Shown: piece after piece, positions 1 to 11,636 of the stretch
How the letters are laid out: every line of letters starts with the position of its first letter
Position numbering within the stretch: position 1 is the stretch's first letter
From: an uncultured Actinomycetota bacterium
Lineage (GTDB): Bacteria; Actinomycetota; Actinomycetes; Actinomycetales; Dermatophilaceae
NCBI GenBank assembly: GCA_963833495.1
Contig: CAWHYJ010000012.1
Coordinates: 68,233 to 132,232 of the forward strand
Length of the DNA stretch: 64,000 bases
Direction of reading: 5' to 3'
The notes under the pieces: model-generated
The model's input: the letters and a program-made list of their open reading frames with translations, nothing else
Database searches by the model: none
What the model was told of the DNA's origin: nothing
Made by a program: the position numbers and the translations under genes

Positions 1-418
1 AGATCTGGCCGGCGATGAAGGTGGCGCCGAAGGCATAGGTGAGGACGTACCACTCACGCATGCCCCAGGCGGAGACCTTGAGCAGCGAGGTGCCGGCCGG
101 GCGGGCGGCGATGCCCTTCTCAGCCTGCAGCACGCCGAGCTGGCACCACACCGACGACACGACCAGCACGATGGTGTTGGCCAGGGCGAACGGCACGTTG
201 AGCATGACGGTGCGCTCTTCCCAGAGCTGGCTCTCGTGGCCGCGGATCGTGAAGTAGAACGCGAACAGCGCCGCGAAGAACATCAGCTCGCTCGACAGCC
301 ACACCATGGTGCCGACGGCCACCAGGTTGGGGCGTGTCGCGGGCCCCTGGCCCGGGATCGAGGGAACGGGCCCGGTGGGCCGGGCCTGGGGTGCTGTCTG
401 AGTCGCCACGGACGACAT
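1..418 (-). CDS. ctaE: cytochrome c oxidase subunit III (5' part; runs off window start)
   Basis: Manual minus-strand translation: MSSVATQTAP...RPNLVAVGTMVWLSSELMFFAALFAFYFTIR, typical COX3 motif; not in ORF track because truncated. Confidence 0.9.
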   Translation of the reverse strand, partial: MSSVATQTAPQARPTGPVPSIPGQGPATRPNLVAVGTMVWLSSELMFFAALFAFYFTIRGHESQLWEERTVMLNVPFALANTIVLVVSSVWCQLGVLQAEKGIAARPAGTSLLKVSAWGMREWYVLTYAFGATFIAGQI

Positions 419-503
419 TATGGCCGTATCTGCCGACGGGCGCTTCGGTGACCCCCCGAAAGGCTCGACAAGTTGCGCGACGGGCCACCGGTACGATGCC
501 CGC

Positions 504-953
504 ATGACCTCTTCGCACGACGCCGGCACCCCGGCGCAGGCCTCGAGCACCGACGCCGTCCACCGCGTCTCGGTGCTGCTCTACAGCGACGACATCACCA
601 CGCGCGACGCCGTGCGGGCGGCCGCCGGGCGGCGCCCGGCGCGTGACGTCGAGATCGTGTCGTGGCGTGAGTGCGCGACCCCCGAGGCGGTCATCGAGGC
701 CATGGATGCCGGCGGCTTCGACGTCGTCGTGCTCGACGGCGAGGCGAGCCCGGCCGGTGGCCTGGGCCTGTGCCGCCAGCTGAAGAACGAGATCTTCCGG
801 TGCCCGCCGATCCTGGTGCTCACCGGCCGCCCCCAGGACGGCTGGCTGGCCGGCTGGTCGCTCGCCGACGACGCCGTGTCGCACCCGCTCGACCCGATCG
901 CCGTCGCGGAGGCCGTCGCTGGCCTGGCGCGCCTTCGGGTCGCGGTCGGCTGA
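504..953 (+). CDS. stand-alone response-regulator receiver-domain protein
   Basis: VLLYSDD...[25 protein letters not shown] receiver-like pattern; conserved position between ctaE and trpD. Confidence 0.75.
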   Translation: MTSSHDAGTPAQASSTDAVHRVSVLLYSDDITTRDAVRAAAGRRPARDVEIVSWRECATPEAVIEAMDAGGFDVVVLDGEASPAGGLGLCRQLKNEIFRCPPILVLTGRPQDGWLAGWSLADDAVSHPLDPIAVAEAVAGLARLRVAVG

Positions 954-958
954 CCGGC

Positions 959-2032
959 GTGACCACCTCGACCCCGGCCGGGTTCACCTGGCCGGACCTC
1001 CTCGCCGCGCTGCTGCGCCGCGAGGACCTCAGCACCGAGCAGGCCGGCTGGGCGATGGACCAGGTGATGAGCGGCGAGGCCTCGCCCGTGCAGCTCGCCG
1101 GGTTCCTCGTCGCCCTACGGGCCAAGGGCGAGTCGGTCGAGGAGCTGCGCGGGCTCGCCGACGTCATGCTCGAGCACGCCCACCGCATCGAGGTCCCCGG
1201 CGAGACGATCGACATCGTCGGCACCGGGGGCGACCGGATGCACTCGGTGAACATCTCGACGATGGCAGCCATCGTCCTCGCGTCCACCGGGCTGCGGGTG
1301 GTCAAGCACGGCAACCGGGCGGCCTCGTCGTCCTCCGGCTCGGCCGACGTCCTCGAGGAGCTCGGTGTCGACCTGACGCTGGCACCCGACGCGGTGGCCG
1401 AGGTCGCCGACCGGGCGGGCATCACGTTCTGCTTCGCCGCGGCCTTCCACCCGTCGATGCGCCACGCGGCGGCGGCCCGGTCGGGTCTCGGCGTGGGCAC
1501 CGTGTTCAACGCCCTCGGCCCACTGACCAACCCGGGGCAGCCGACCTACGCCGCGGTCGGGGTGGCCGATGCCCGGATCGCCCCGCTCATCGCCGGCGTC
1601 TTCGCGGGCCGCGGCCGGGCGGCATCCGTCTTCCGCGGCGACGACGGCCTCGACGAGCTCACCCTCGCCACCACCTCGACGATCTGGTGGGTGCGTGACG
1701 GCGCCGTCACCCAGCTGACCCTCGACCCGACCGACGTGGGCCTCGATCACGCCCCGGTCGAGAGCCTGCGCGGCGGTGACGCCGCCTACAACGCCCGGGT
1801 GGCGCGCGACCTGCTCGCGGGGGAGCAGGGCCCGGTGCGCGATGCCGTGCTGCTCAACGCCGGCATCGCGCTGGCGACGGCATCCGGCCTGGGCGAGCCG
1901 ACCGTGTCGCGGGTGTCGCTCACCGCCGCGGTGCGCGAGGGGATGGACCGCGCCGAGGCCGCCATCGACTCCGGCGACGCGCAGGCGCTGCTCGACCGGT
2001 GGGTCGAGGCCACCGCCGCCTACGCGGGCTGA
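959..2032 (+). CDS. trpD: anthranilate phosphoribosyltransferase
   Basis: [42 protein letters not shown] motifs; GTG start at 959. Confidence 0.95.
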   Translation: MTTSTPAGFTWPDLLAALLRREDLSTEQAGWAMDQVMSGEASPVQLAGFLVALRAKGESVEELRGLADVMLEHAHRIEVPGETIDIVGTGGDRMHSVNISTMAAIVLASTGLRVVKHGNRAASSSSGSADVLEELGVDLTLAPDAVAEVADRAGITFCFAAAFHPSMRHAAAARSGLGVGTVFNALGPLTNPGQPTYAAVGVADARIAPLIAGVFAGRGRAASVFRGDDGLDELTLATTSTIWWVRDGAVTQLTLDPTDVGLDHAPVESLRGGDAAYNARVARDLLAGEQGPVRDAVLLNAGIALATASGLGEPTVSRVSLTAAVREGMDRAEAAIDSGDAQALLDRWVEATAAYAG

Positions 2033-2044
2033 GCGCCGGGCGGC

Positions 2045-2326
2045 TCAGCCGTCGAGGCCGAGGCTGAAGGCCGCCTCGAGGTCGTGCGAGGAGTAGGTGC
2101 GGAACGCGATGTGCGTGTTGGTGCCGGTGACACCGGTGACCTTGTTGAGCCGGTCGGCGATGACGTCGGCGAGGTCCTCGTGGTGGCGCACCCGCACCAT
2201 CGCGACCAGGTCGGCGTCGCCGGCCACGGAGTAGACCTCCGTGACGCCGTCGAGGTCGGCGATCTCCTGCGCGACCTCGGGGATGCGGTCGACGTCGGCG
2301 GTGATGAGGACGATGGCGGTGATCAC
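2045..2326 (-). CDS. Lrp/AsnC ligand-binding-domain protein
   Basis: 93 aa MITAIVLI...EVYSVAGDADLVA...THIAF, AsnC C-terminal domain without HTH. Confidence 0.85.
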   Translation of the reverse strand: MITAIVLITADVDRIPEVAQEIADLDGVTEVYSVAGDADLVAMVRVRHHEDLADVIADRLNKVTGVTGTNTHIAFRTYSSHDLEAAFSLGLDG

Positions 2327-2403
2327 CGGCCCAGACTAGCCGGGCGCCGCGCAGCGGCACCGACACCGGATGCCGGGTCGTGGCGCCCGTGCCCGAGCTC
2401 GGG

Positions 2404-4122
2404 TCAGCGGACCCCGGCGAAGCCGGCGACCTCGCGCCGGGCGGTCTCGAGCGGCTCGAGCTCGGCGCGCACCGCGGCGGCGCCACCGACCGGGCAGGTC
2501 CAGGCGCCGTCGACCTCGACGATGCGCACCCCGGGGGACTCCAGCCAGCGCAGCACCTTCTCGCTCTCCTCGGGCGTGGCGGCCGTGGACGGGGCCACCG
2601 GCGGCGCCACGACCTCCGCGCTGGCCGTGAGGGCCGCGATGTAGGGCATCGGGTCGGCGCCGCGCGGTGCGGTGGTGCTGCCGGCGAGCCGGCCGTGCCG
2701 CACGCAGATGACCTCCCAGCCGCCGAGCAGCGAGCGGCGGGCCGCGACGAGCTCGGCGATGCGGGCCAGCGGGTCGAGCCGCTGCGCGCGGGAGGTGCCC
2801 CGCACCAGGGCGACCAGGCGCTCGCGCACGACCTGGGCGTCCTCGAAGCGCTCGACGTCGGACAGGTGGGTCATCCGGGCGCGCAGGGCGTCGAGCAGGT
2901 CGCGGGTGTCGCCGACGAGCAGCTCGACGGCCCGGTCGGCGACGACGGCGTAGTCGGCCACCGACTGGGCCCCGGTGCAGGGGGCGCCGCACCGGCCCAT
3001 CTCGGCGAGCACGCACGCGGACCGGGGCTTGGTGGGGGACAGCCGTTCGAGGCACTGGCGCAGCGGCAGCACCTCGTGCACGGCGGCCACCGCGGCCTCG
3101 GCGGCGGAGCGGGAGCTGAACGGCCCGGCATACCGGGCGCCGTCGGGCGCGACCAGCCGCACGATCGACAGGCGGGGGAACGGCTCGACGGTGAGCTTCA
3201 CCCACAGCGCCCGCTCGGGGTGGCGCGAGCGCCGGTTGTAGCGCGGCTTGTGCTCGGCGATGAGCCGCAGCTCGCGCACCTCGGCCTCGAGGGTGGTGGC
3301 GCAGACGATGGGGCTCACGGACTCGGCGATGCGCACCATCTCGCCCATCCGGCGGCGGTGCTCGGAGGCCGTGAAGTAGGACCGCACCCGGGTGCGGATG
3401 GAGACCGAGGTGCCGACGTAGAGCACCCGGCCCTGGCCGTCCTTGAACAGGTAGACCCCCGGCAGGTCGGGAAGGTCGTCGGCGAGGTGCCGCTTGCGGC
3501 GCCGGGCCGGGGTGACCCGGGCGGTGTAGTCGAGCAGCTCCTCGAGGGAGTGCACGCCCAGCGAGCCGACCCGCTCGAACAGGCCGTGCAGCACGTCGAC
3601 GGTGGCCCTGGCGTCGTGCAGCGCCCGGTGGTCGGGGGTGGTCGTGGCGTGGAAGAGCCGCGCCAGCGAGGCCAGCCGGTGGTTGGGCACCTCGTCGCGG
3701 CGCACCAGCTGCCGGGCCAGGTGCACGGTGTCGAGCACCGCGAAGCCGGGCCACTCGTGCTCGGTGCGCCGGGCCGCCGCCTTGAGGAACGAGATGTCGA
3801 AGCCGGCGTTGTGCGCGACGAGCACCGACCCGGCGGCGAACTCGAGGAACGCCGGTAGGGCCGACTCGATGCGCGGGGCGCCGGCCACCATGGAGTCGGT
3901 GATGCCGGTGAGCACCGAGATGAACGCCGGGATGGCGGCGCCGGGGTTGACCAGGGTCTGGAACTCGCCGACCACCTCGCCGCCGCGCACCTTGACCGCA
4001 CCGATCTCGGTGATGCCGCACTCGGCGGGGCTGCCGCCGGTGGTCTCGAGGTCGACGACGACGAAGGTGACCGACGACAGGGGGGTGCCCAGATCGTCGA
4101 ACGTGCCCTGCACCATCGTCAT
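2404..4122 (-). CDS. DEDD exonuclease (DnaQ-like) fused to GIY-YIG/UvrC-like nuclease, Rv2191-like
   Basis: VVDLETTG, HNAGFD, HRALHDA (DEDDh); PGVYLF..LYVG..RVRSYF (GIY-YIG); ATG 7 nt after a -10 element (leaderless). Confidence 0.9.
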   Translation of the reverse strand: MTMVQGTFDDLGTPLSSVTFVVVDLETTGGSPAECGITEIGAVKVRGGEVVGEFQTLVNPGAAIPAFISVLTGITDSMVAGAPRIESALPAFLEFAAGSVLVAHNAGFDISFLKAAARRTEHEWPGFAVLDTVHLARQLVRRDEVPNHRLASLARLFHATTTPDHRALHDARATVDVLHGLFERVGSLGVHSLEELLDYTARVTPARRRKRHLADDLPDLPGVYLFKDGQGRVLYVGTSVSIRTRVRSYFTASEHRRRMGEMVRIAESVSPIVCATTLEAEVRELRLIAEHKPRYNRRSRHPERALWVKLTVEPFPRLSIVRLVAPDGARYAGPFSSRSAAEAAVAAVHEVLPLRQCLERLSPTKPRSACVLAEMGRCGAPCTGAQSVADYAVVADRAVELLVGDTRDLLDALRARMTHLSDVERFEDAQVVRERLVALVRGTSRAQRLDPLARIAELVAARRSLLGGWEVICVRHGRLAGSTTAPRGADPMPYIAALTASAEVVAPPVAPSTAATPEESEKVLRWLESPGVRIVEVDGAWTCPVGGAAAVRAELEPLETARREVAGFAGVR

Positions 4123-4129
4123 GTCGCTG

Positions 4130-4151
4130 ACCGTAGGCTCCCGCACCGACA
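4130..4151 (-). promoter_or_regulatory. PafBC-type (RecA-NDp) DNA-damage promoter of the exonuclease
   Basis: Minus strand TGTCGG-tgcgggagcc-TACGGT, exact TGTCGG-N10-TAnnnT. Confidence 0.8.
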
Positions 4152-4192
4152 CCCCCGCGAAGGCGCGCTGGCATCGCCGTGGACAGGCGAGG

Positions 4193-4240
4193 ACGACGGA
4201 TGCCGGGGCGCCCCCTGCTCGGCGTCCCGGCATCCGTCGT
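4193..4240. terminator. hairpin with 15-bp perfect arms downstream of the methyltransferase
   Basis: ACGACGGATGCCGGG...CCCGGCATCCGTCGT; arms contain the GGATGCCG octamer. Confidence 0.65.
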
Positions 4241-4247
4241 GGTGGGC

Positions 4248-5099
4248 TCAGCGCCGGCGTGCGGTGAGCAGCAGGTACTCCCAGGTCATGACGCCGTCGG
4301 CCAGGTGCCGGTCGCCGAGGTCGGCGAGCGCGGCATCCAGGGTGGCGACGCGCTCGGGCTGGTCGGCCAGCGAGCCGTAGACGGCGATGGTGGGCCCGTA
4401 GCGGGCCTTGAAGTAGTCACGGAAGGCGGCGCCGTCGACGAACCGGTCGACCACGAGGTTCGCCCGGGTGGCCTCGACGTCGTCGACCCGGTCGCCCATC
4501 AGCTCGTGCACGTGCTCCGGCGACCCCCACAGCGTCGCCGGCTGCGACCCGGGGGGCGGGGGCGGGGCGTAGGGCCCCATCGTCGCGAACAGCTGGCCGA
4601 TGAACCCCTCGGGCGTCCAGCTGACCAGGCCGATCCGGCCGTCCGGCCGGGTCACCCGCACCAGCTCGTCGGCGGCGGCCTGGTGGAACGGCGCGAACAT
4701 CACGCCGAGGCACGAGGTGGTGACGTCGAAGGCGGCGTCGGCGTACGGCAGCGACTCGGCATCGGCCTCGTCCCACGTGACGTCGAGCCGCTCGGCGCCG
4801 GCCAGGCGCTCGCCCGCGGCCAGCAGCTCGGGGGTCAGGTCGGATGCCGTGACCCGCGCCCCGGCCCGGGCCGCCGGGATGGCGACGGTGCCGGTTCCGG
4901 CCGCGACGTCGAGCAGCCGGTCGCCGGGGGTCACCCGGCAGGCGTCGACGAGGACGTGACCGAGCGGGGTGACGAGGTCGGCGGCGACCGCCGGGTAGTC
5001 GCCCAGCGCCCACATCGCGCGGTGCCGGCGCTTGACCTCCGGCGCCGCTCCGTAGTGGATGCCGGCGTCGGTCTGTCGCTGCTGCGTGGTGTCGGTCAT
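4248..5099 (-). CDS. class I SAM-dependent methyltransferase
   Basis: LLDVAAGTG motif I, DAESLPY..AAFD, GVMFAP. Confidence 0.9.
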   Translation of the reverse strand: MTDTTQQRQTDAGIHYGAAPEVKRRHRAMWALGDYPAVAADLVTPLGHVLVDACRVTPGDRLLDVAAGTGTVAIPAARAGARVTASDLTPELLAAGERLAGAERLDVTWDEADAESLPYADAAFDVTTSCLGVMFAPFHQAAADELVRVTRPDGRIGLVSWTPEGFIGQLFATMGPYAPPPPPGSQPATLWGSPEHVHELMGDRVDDVEATRANLVVDRFVDGAAFRDYFKARYGPTIAVYGSLADQPERVATLDAALADLGDRHLADGVMTWEYLLLTARRR

Positions 5100-5189
5100 G
5101 TCGTTCTCCCTGCTGCTACTGGTGGTGGTCGGACTCCCAGCGTCGCGAGGTGGGCGGACGGCATCCAGTGCGCGTTCTGTAGCGCGCGA

Positions 5190-5206
5190 GGTTCACGATC
5201 TGTACT
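5190..5206. promoter_or_regulatory. candidate operator for the divergent HxlR regulator
   Basis: Imperfect palindrome GGTTCA-CGATC-TGTACT between divergent genes; weaker copy at 5167-5183. Confidence 0.3.
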
Positions 5207-5280
5207 GGCGCCTCGTCGCGCCCGGGTGTGCACTGGTTCGGTGCGGGGCCGGGCGACGGCCCTGCAGGAGGTGGTGACCC

Positions 5281-5955
5281 GTGTCGACCTACGGCCAGTT
5301 CTGCCCGATCGCCAAGGCGATGGAGGTGCTCGACGAACGGTGGACCCTGCTCGTGGTTCGCGAGCTGCTGCTCGGCAGCCGGCACTTCAACGAGCTGCGC
5401 CGGGGCAACCCGAAGATGTCGCCGGCACTGCTGTCCAAGCGGCTGCGCCGGCTCGAGCGGGTCGGGGTGCTGCGGCGCCGGGTCGTTGGCGGGCGCAGCA
5501 CGTACGAGCTGACCGAGCGTGGGCTGGAGCTGCGGCCGGTCATCGACGCCCTGGGCACGTGGGGAGCCCGGTGGGCGGGCGACCTCGGTGAGGAGGATCT
5601 CGACCCGCGCCTGCTGCTGTGGGACGTGCGGCGCACCATCCCGGTGGAGTCCTGGCCGCGTGAGCGCACGGTAGTGGCGCTGCGGTTCGAGGACGTCGCC
5701 TCGCCGGTCTCGCAGTGGTGGATCTGCGTCAGCGGTGACGAGGTGGACGTGTGCGACATCGACCCCGGTTTCGAGGTGACGGCGACCGTGCGTACGTCGC
5801 TGCTGGCGATGACCGAGATCTGGCGCGGGGACCGCGGCTGGGGGGAGGCCCTGCGGTCGGGGCGGGTCGAGGTCGACGCGCCGCGCGACGTGGCGCGGGC
5901 CGTGCCGACGTGGATCGGCCAGTCGCTGCTGTCGGCGGTGCCGCGACCTGCCTGA
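5281..5955 (+). CDS. HxlR-family winged-helix regulator with C-terminal sterol-carrier-like domain
   Basis: YGQFCPIAKAMEVLDERWTLLVVRELL.GS.HFNEL. Confidence 0.9.
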   Translation: MSTYGQFCPIAKAMEVLDERWTLLVVRELLLGSRHFNELRRGNPKMSPALLSKRLRRLERVGVLRRRVVGGRSTYELTERGLELRPVIDALGTWGARWAGDLGEEDLDPRLLLWDVRRTIPVESWPRERTVVALRFEDVASPVSQWWICVSGDEVDVCDIDPGFEVTATVRTSLLAMTEIWRGDRGWGEALRSGRVEVDAPRDVARAVPTWIGQSLLSAVPRPA

Positions 5956-6006
5956 GCCGCTCCCGGCTTCAGTCGCGCCGTGCTCCGGATGCCGTCGCGG
6001 CAGGGG

Positions 6007-6028
6007 TGTCGGTGGTCGCCTCTAGCGT
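6007..6028 (+). promoter_or_regulatory. PafBC-type (RecA-NDp) promoter
   Basis: TGTCGG-tggtcgcctc-TAGCGT, 33 nt upstream of ATG 6062. Confidence 0.75.
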
Positions 6029-6061
6029 GGGAGACAACCACCTGGAAAGGGGTGAGAGCCG

Positions 6062-6337
6062 ATGCCCAGCCACGACCTGACGTTGACCGTCGAGTGCCGC
6101 ACGTGCCCGGTGCGTGAGCTGCACTGTGGCGACTGCATGGTGCCCGTCCTGCTCGACCTCACCGCGCCGTCGCTGCGGCTCGAGCACGCCCTCGACCCCG
6201 AGGAGCGCGCGGCCGTCACCCGGCTCGTCGAGGCCGGGCTGGTCGCGCCCGAGACCGCAGCGGTGGCGCGGGCCGTGCTCGCCGGGTCCGGGGCGCGTGA
6301 GGAGCCCGTGGCGGAGGGCGGGCGCGCCGTCGGCTGA
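6062..6337 (+). CDS. small Cys-rich hypothetical protein (CxxC-x6-CxxC)
   Basis: VECRTCPVRELHCGDC...LDPEERAAV..L..AGLV; purine-rich RBS upstream. Confidence 0.75.
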   Translation: MPSHDLTLTVECRTCPVRELHCGDCMVPVLLDLTAPSLRLEHALDPEERAAVTRLVEAGLVAPETAAVARAVLAGSGAREEPVAEGGRAVG

Positions 6338-6376
6338 TCAGGGTTCGTCGCGTGCCCGGTCGATCGGTCGGGCGCC

Positions 6377-7825
6377 GTGACGGTCCGGGAACCTCCCAGC
6401 AGGGCTTCCTACGATGGGCCGGTGCCGAGCCCGCCGACCCCGAGCCGACGCCGTGCCCGGCGCGGGTGGGGCGTCACGCTCCTTCTTGTCTCACTGGCCG
6501 CCGCGACGGCGGTCGGTGGGTGCACGCACAGCATCGGCGACCCGCCGGGTCCTTCACCCTTCGGGTCGGCGACGGCGTCGGCACCGACCACCCCACCAGT
6601 GCTGCTCACGACGGCGGTGTCCGACCTGCTGCGCCGTCGTGCCGGTGCAGTCGTCGAAGGGGACCGGGCGGCGTTCGCCGCGACCGTCGCCGACCCGGCA
6701 TCCGTCTCGGGGCGGCGACAGCTGGACTCCTACCGGGCGGCCCGGGCCCTGCTGGTCTCGCGGCTCGAGGTCGGGGCCCCGGTGGTCCATCTCGCCGAGA
6801 CCGCAGCGGGCACCGGCGCAACGCCAGTGCCGCAGGGCACGGGAGCGGCCACGGCGGCGCCGAGCGCGAGCCGGAGCCCGAGCGACCCGTTGCGGGCGAC
6901 GGCCGAGGCCGACGTGCGCTACCGGGTCGACGACCTCGACCGCGGCGACCGGGTCGCCCGGCTGCAGTACGACCTGGTGCGCGGCGAGGACGGGTGGCAG
7001 GTCGCGGCGGAGCGACCGGTCGGCACCGGCGCCACAGCCCCCTGGGTGGCCATGCCGGCACTTCGGGTCAGCCGCGGCGAGCACGCCGTCGTGGCCGGCA
7101 CGGCCCCGGCCGCCCGGCTCGCCGAGCACGTCGCCGTCGTCGACCGCGCGCAGCCCGGGCTCCGGGCGGCGTGGCCCGGCGCACCCGCGCGCGTCCTGGT
7201 GCTCGCCCCGGCGACTGCGGCCGAGGCCGACGTCCTGCTCGGGCGCATCCCGGCCCCTGGGACCGCACCCGTCGGGGCCACGACCGAGGGCCCGACCGGC
7301 GCGGCTGGCACCGCCACCGGTGACCGCATCGTGCTCGACCCCTTGGCCTTCGACAGGCTCACCGCGAGCGGGCGCGACGTCGTGCTCACCCACGAGCTGG
7401 CGCACGTCGCGGTGCGGTCGACCGTGCCCGGGCGCCCGGCCGCCTGGCTGGCCGAGGGGTACGCCGACCACGTCGGCTACGCCCGGGCGGACGTGCCCCC
7501 GAGCCGGCTGCTGCTCCCGCTCGCCTCGGCGCTGCGCACCGGCCACGGTCCACGCGAGCTGCCGAGCGTCGCGGACCTGCAGCCCGCCACCGGTGACATC
7601 GAGGTGCCCTACCTCGCCGCGTGGCAGGCGGTCGAGCTGATCGCCCGCGACCACGGCGAGGCGGCGCTGCGCCGGCTCGTCACGGAGGGTGCGTCGACCG
7701 GCTCGGCGGCCGACGCCGAGGCCGCCACCGACGCCGCGCTGGTGTCGGTGCTCGGCACCAGCCGCGCCGAGCTGACCGACCGGTGGCTCACCCGGCTGGG
7801 CGAGATCGTCACGAATCCCGGCTGA
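6377..7825 (+). CDS. secreted or lipoprotein zincin-like peptidase (Rv2189c-like)
   Basis: Hydrophobic N-terminus ending VGGC; HELAH...WLAEGYAD gluzincin motif. Confidence 0.7.
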   Translation: MTVREPPSRASYDGPVPSPPTPSRRRARRGWGVTLLLVSLAAATAVGGCTHSIGDPPGPSPFGSATASAPTTPPVLLTTAVSDLLRRRAGAVVEGDRAAFAATVADPASVSGRRQLDSYRAARALLVSRLEVGAPVVHLAETAAGTGATPVPQGTGAATAAPSASRSPSDPLRATAEADVRYRVDDLDRGDRVARLQYDLVRGEDGWQVAAERPVGTGATAPWVAMPALRVSRGEHAVVAGTAPAARLAEHVAVVDRAQPGLRAAWPGAPARVLVLAPATAAEADVLLGRIPAPGTAPVGATTEGPTGAAGTATGDRIVLDPLAFDRLTASGRDVVLTHELAHVAVRSTVPGRPAAWLAEGYADHVGYARADVPPSRLLLPLASALRTGHGPRELPSVADLQPATGDIEVPYLAAWQAVELIARDHGEAALRRLVTEGASTGSAADAEAATDAALVSVLGTSRAELTDRWLTRLGEIVTNPG

Positions 7826-7838
7826 GCCCAAGCCTTTT

Positions 7839-7912
7839 CGCGAAGTCAGGAGCACTTCGCCGGCTCAGGGTCGTATCGCATCCTGACCCCGCGAAGTGCT
7901 CCTGACTTCGCG
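7839..7912. repeat. REP/MITE-like nested palindrome between convergent genes
   Basis: 22-bp perfect inverted repeat CGCGAAGTCAGGAGCACTTCGC / GCGAAGTGCTCCTGACTTCGCG; each arm is itself a hairpin. Confidence 0.8.
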
Positions 7913-9314
7913 GGAAAGAGCCGGGTCGGCGAGGCCCTCGCCGCCCGCTGGGGCGCCGACCTCGTCCTCCACCGGGGCCGGCTCGCCCTGGGGCAGCGCC
8001 AGCGACGCCACCACGAGGGCCCCCACCAGCCAGAACTGGTTGTAGAACGCCTGCTTGTTGACCAGGTTGGCCACGGCCAGCACCAGCGCCAGCCAGCGCA
8101 GCAGCTCGTCGACGCCCGGCCGGCGCCGCCACACGGCATACGCCGCGATCGCCACCACGCCGACCATCGCGGCCCCGGTCACCCAGAACGGCAGCGTGAT
8201 GCCGTGCTCGTTGAGGGCGTAGAGGTACCAGGTGTTGGCGAACTTGATCGGGTGGAAGGTGAGCAGCGTGGTGACCGTGTCGCCGACGAACGCCCCGGCA
8301 TCCGCCACGACCCATGGCAGCATCAGCAGCGCCGCGAGCGCACCGGTCGCCAGCGTGCGCCACGCCCCGAACGGCCGCCACACCAGGAGCACCGGCGCCA
8401 GCAGCGCGAGGTGCTGCTTGCTCGCGCAGGCGAGCGCCAGCGGCACGATCGCCCACCACGCGCGGTCGCGCCTCACCAGCACGGCCCACCACACGATGAG
8501 GGCGGCGAGCACCGGCTCGGTCCAGGCCTGGTCGACCTGGGTCAGCGTGCCGGGCGCGAGCACGAGCACCGCCGTCACCGCCGCCGCGCGCTCCACCCGC
8601 CCGCGCGCCAGCGCCCAGAGCCCGGCGAAGAGCACCAGCGACCAGAACAGCACGGCCCACCGCACGTCGCCGGCGAGCCACCGGCCGGGGGCGGTGAGCA
8701 CCGCCATCCAGGGCAGGTAGGGGAAGAAGTCCTGCACGCCGGGGGAGTTGGTCCACTGCTGGGTGTAGACGTTGTCGCCGCGGGCCAGGGCGTCGGCACC
8801 CTGCTGCAGGACCACCCAGACGTCGATCTTCGGGGCTTTGTCGCCGACGATGGCCACCACTGCAAGCACGGTGTGGGTGAGCACCGCGAGCGCGTAGGCC
8901 GCCATCGCGGCGCGGCGCCCGGGCCGGGTGAGCAGCACGGCGCAGCCCAGCCCGCCGGTGGCGAGCACGGCAAGGGATGCCGTGAGCCACCCGCCGCGCA
9001 GGTAGCTGAACAACGGCACGGTGAGGGTGATGACGACCGAGGCGGCCACCACTCCCGGCGCCAGCCAGCGGGGCACGTCCACCACCAGCCGTCGGGCCAG
9101 CCACCACCCGAGCAGCGCCGCGCACACCGTCAGGGTGAGCACGATCGGCACCCGGAAGCGCACGACGCTCCACTGCAGCACACCGAACCACGCGAGCCAG
9201 GCGGCGCCGAGCACGAGGGCGGGGACCGGCCCGGACGTGGGCCGCCCGACGGTGGACGAGGGGGATGCCGGCCCGGCGGCGGCAGCAGGGGCGGCCGTCG
9301 TGGCCGCGGTCGGG

Positions 9315-9322
<8 letters not shown>
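7865..9322 (-). CDS. polytopic GT-C (GT87-like) glycosyltransferase
   Basis: Many TM segments; KIDVW, FPYLP, DVRWA, ASKQH, NKQAFYNQF; GTG 9322 overlaps fadD end. Confidence 0.65.
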
Positions 9323-11105
<1,783 letters not shown>

Positions 11106-11181
11106 GGTCGGCTCCTTCGGGGTGAGGCGCACATGGGACACCTCAACTCTAGGACCCTGCGGGGCGGGTACCCTCCGTGCC

Positions 11182-11628
11182 ATGGCCGACCGCGCGCAGT
11201 CCTCCGTCGAGATCGCCGCCGAGCCCGGCGCCGTGCTCGACGTCATCGCCGACTTCGAGCGGTACCCGGAGTGGGCGCACGAGGTCACCTCGGCCACGGT
11301 GCTCAGCGAGGACGGCGACGGCTGGGCCGACCAGGTCGAGTTCCACCTGCACGCCGGGGCGATCAAGGACCACTACGTGCTCGAGTACGACTGGGACCAC
11401 ATCGCCGACGACGGCACCGGCAGCGTCTCGTGGCACCTGGTGCGCGCCACCCTGCTCAAGGGTCTCGACGGCACCTACGCCCTCGCCCGCACCCCCAAGG
11501 GCACCCAGGTCACCTACGACCTCGAGGTCGAGCTGACGATGCCGATGATCGGGCTGCTGAAGCGCAAGGCCGAGAAGCACATCATCAACCTCGCCCTGAC
11601 CGAGCTCAAGAAGCGCGCAGAGGGCTGA
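11182..11628 (+). CDS. SRPBCC/START-fold lipid-binding protein
   Basis: MADRAQSSVEI...IADFERYPEW...LKKRAEG. Confidence 0.88.
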   Translation: MADRAQSSVEIAAEPGAVLDVIADFERYPEWAHEVTSATVLSEDGDGWADQVEFHLHAGAIKDHYVLEYDWDHIADDGTGSVSWHLVRATLLKGLDGTYALARTPKGTQVTYDLEVELTMPMIGLLKRKAEKHIINLALTELKKRAEG

Positions 11629-11636
11629 CGCCCGCC

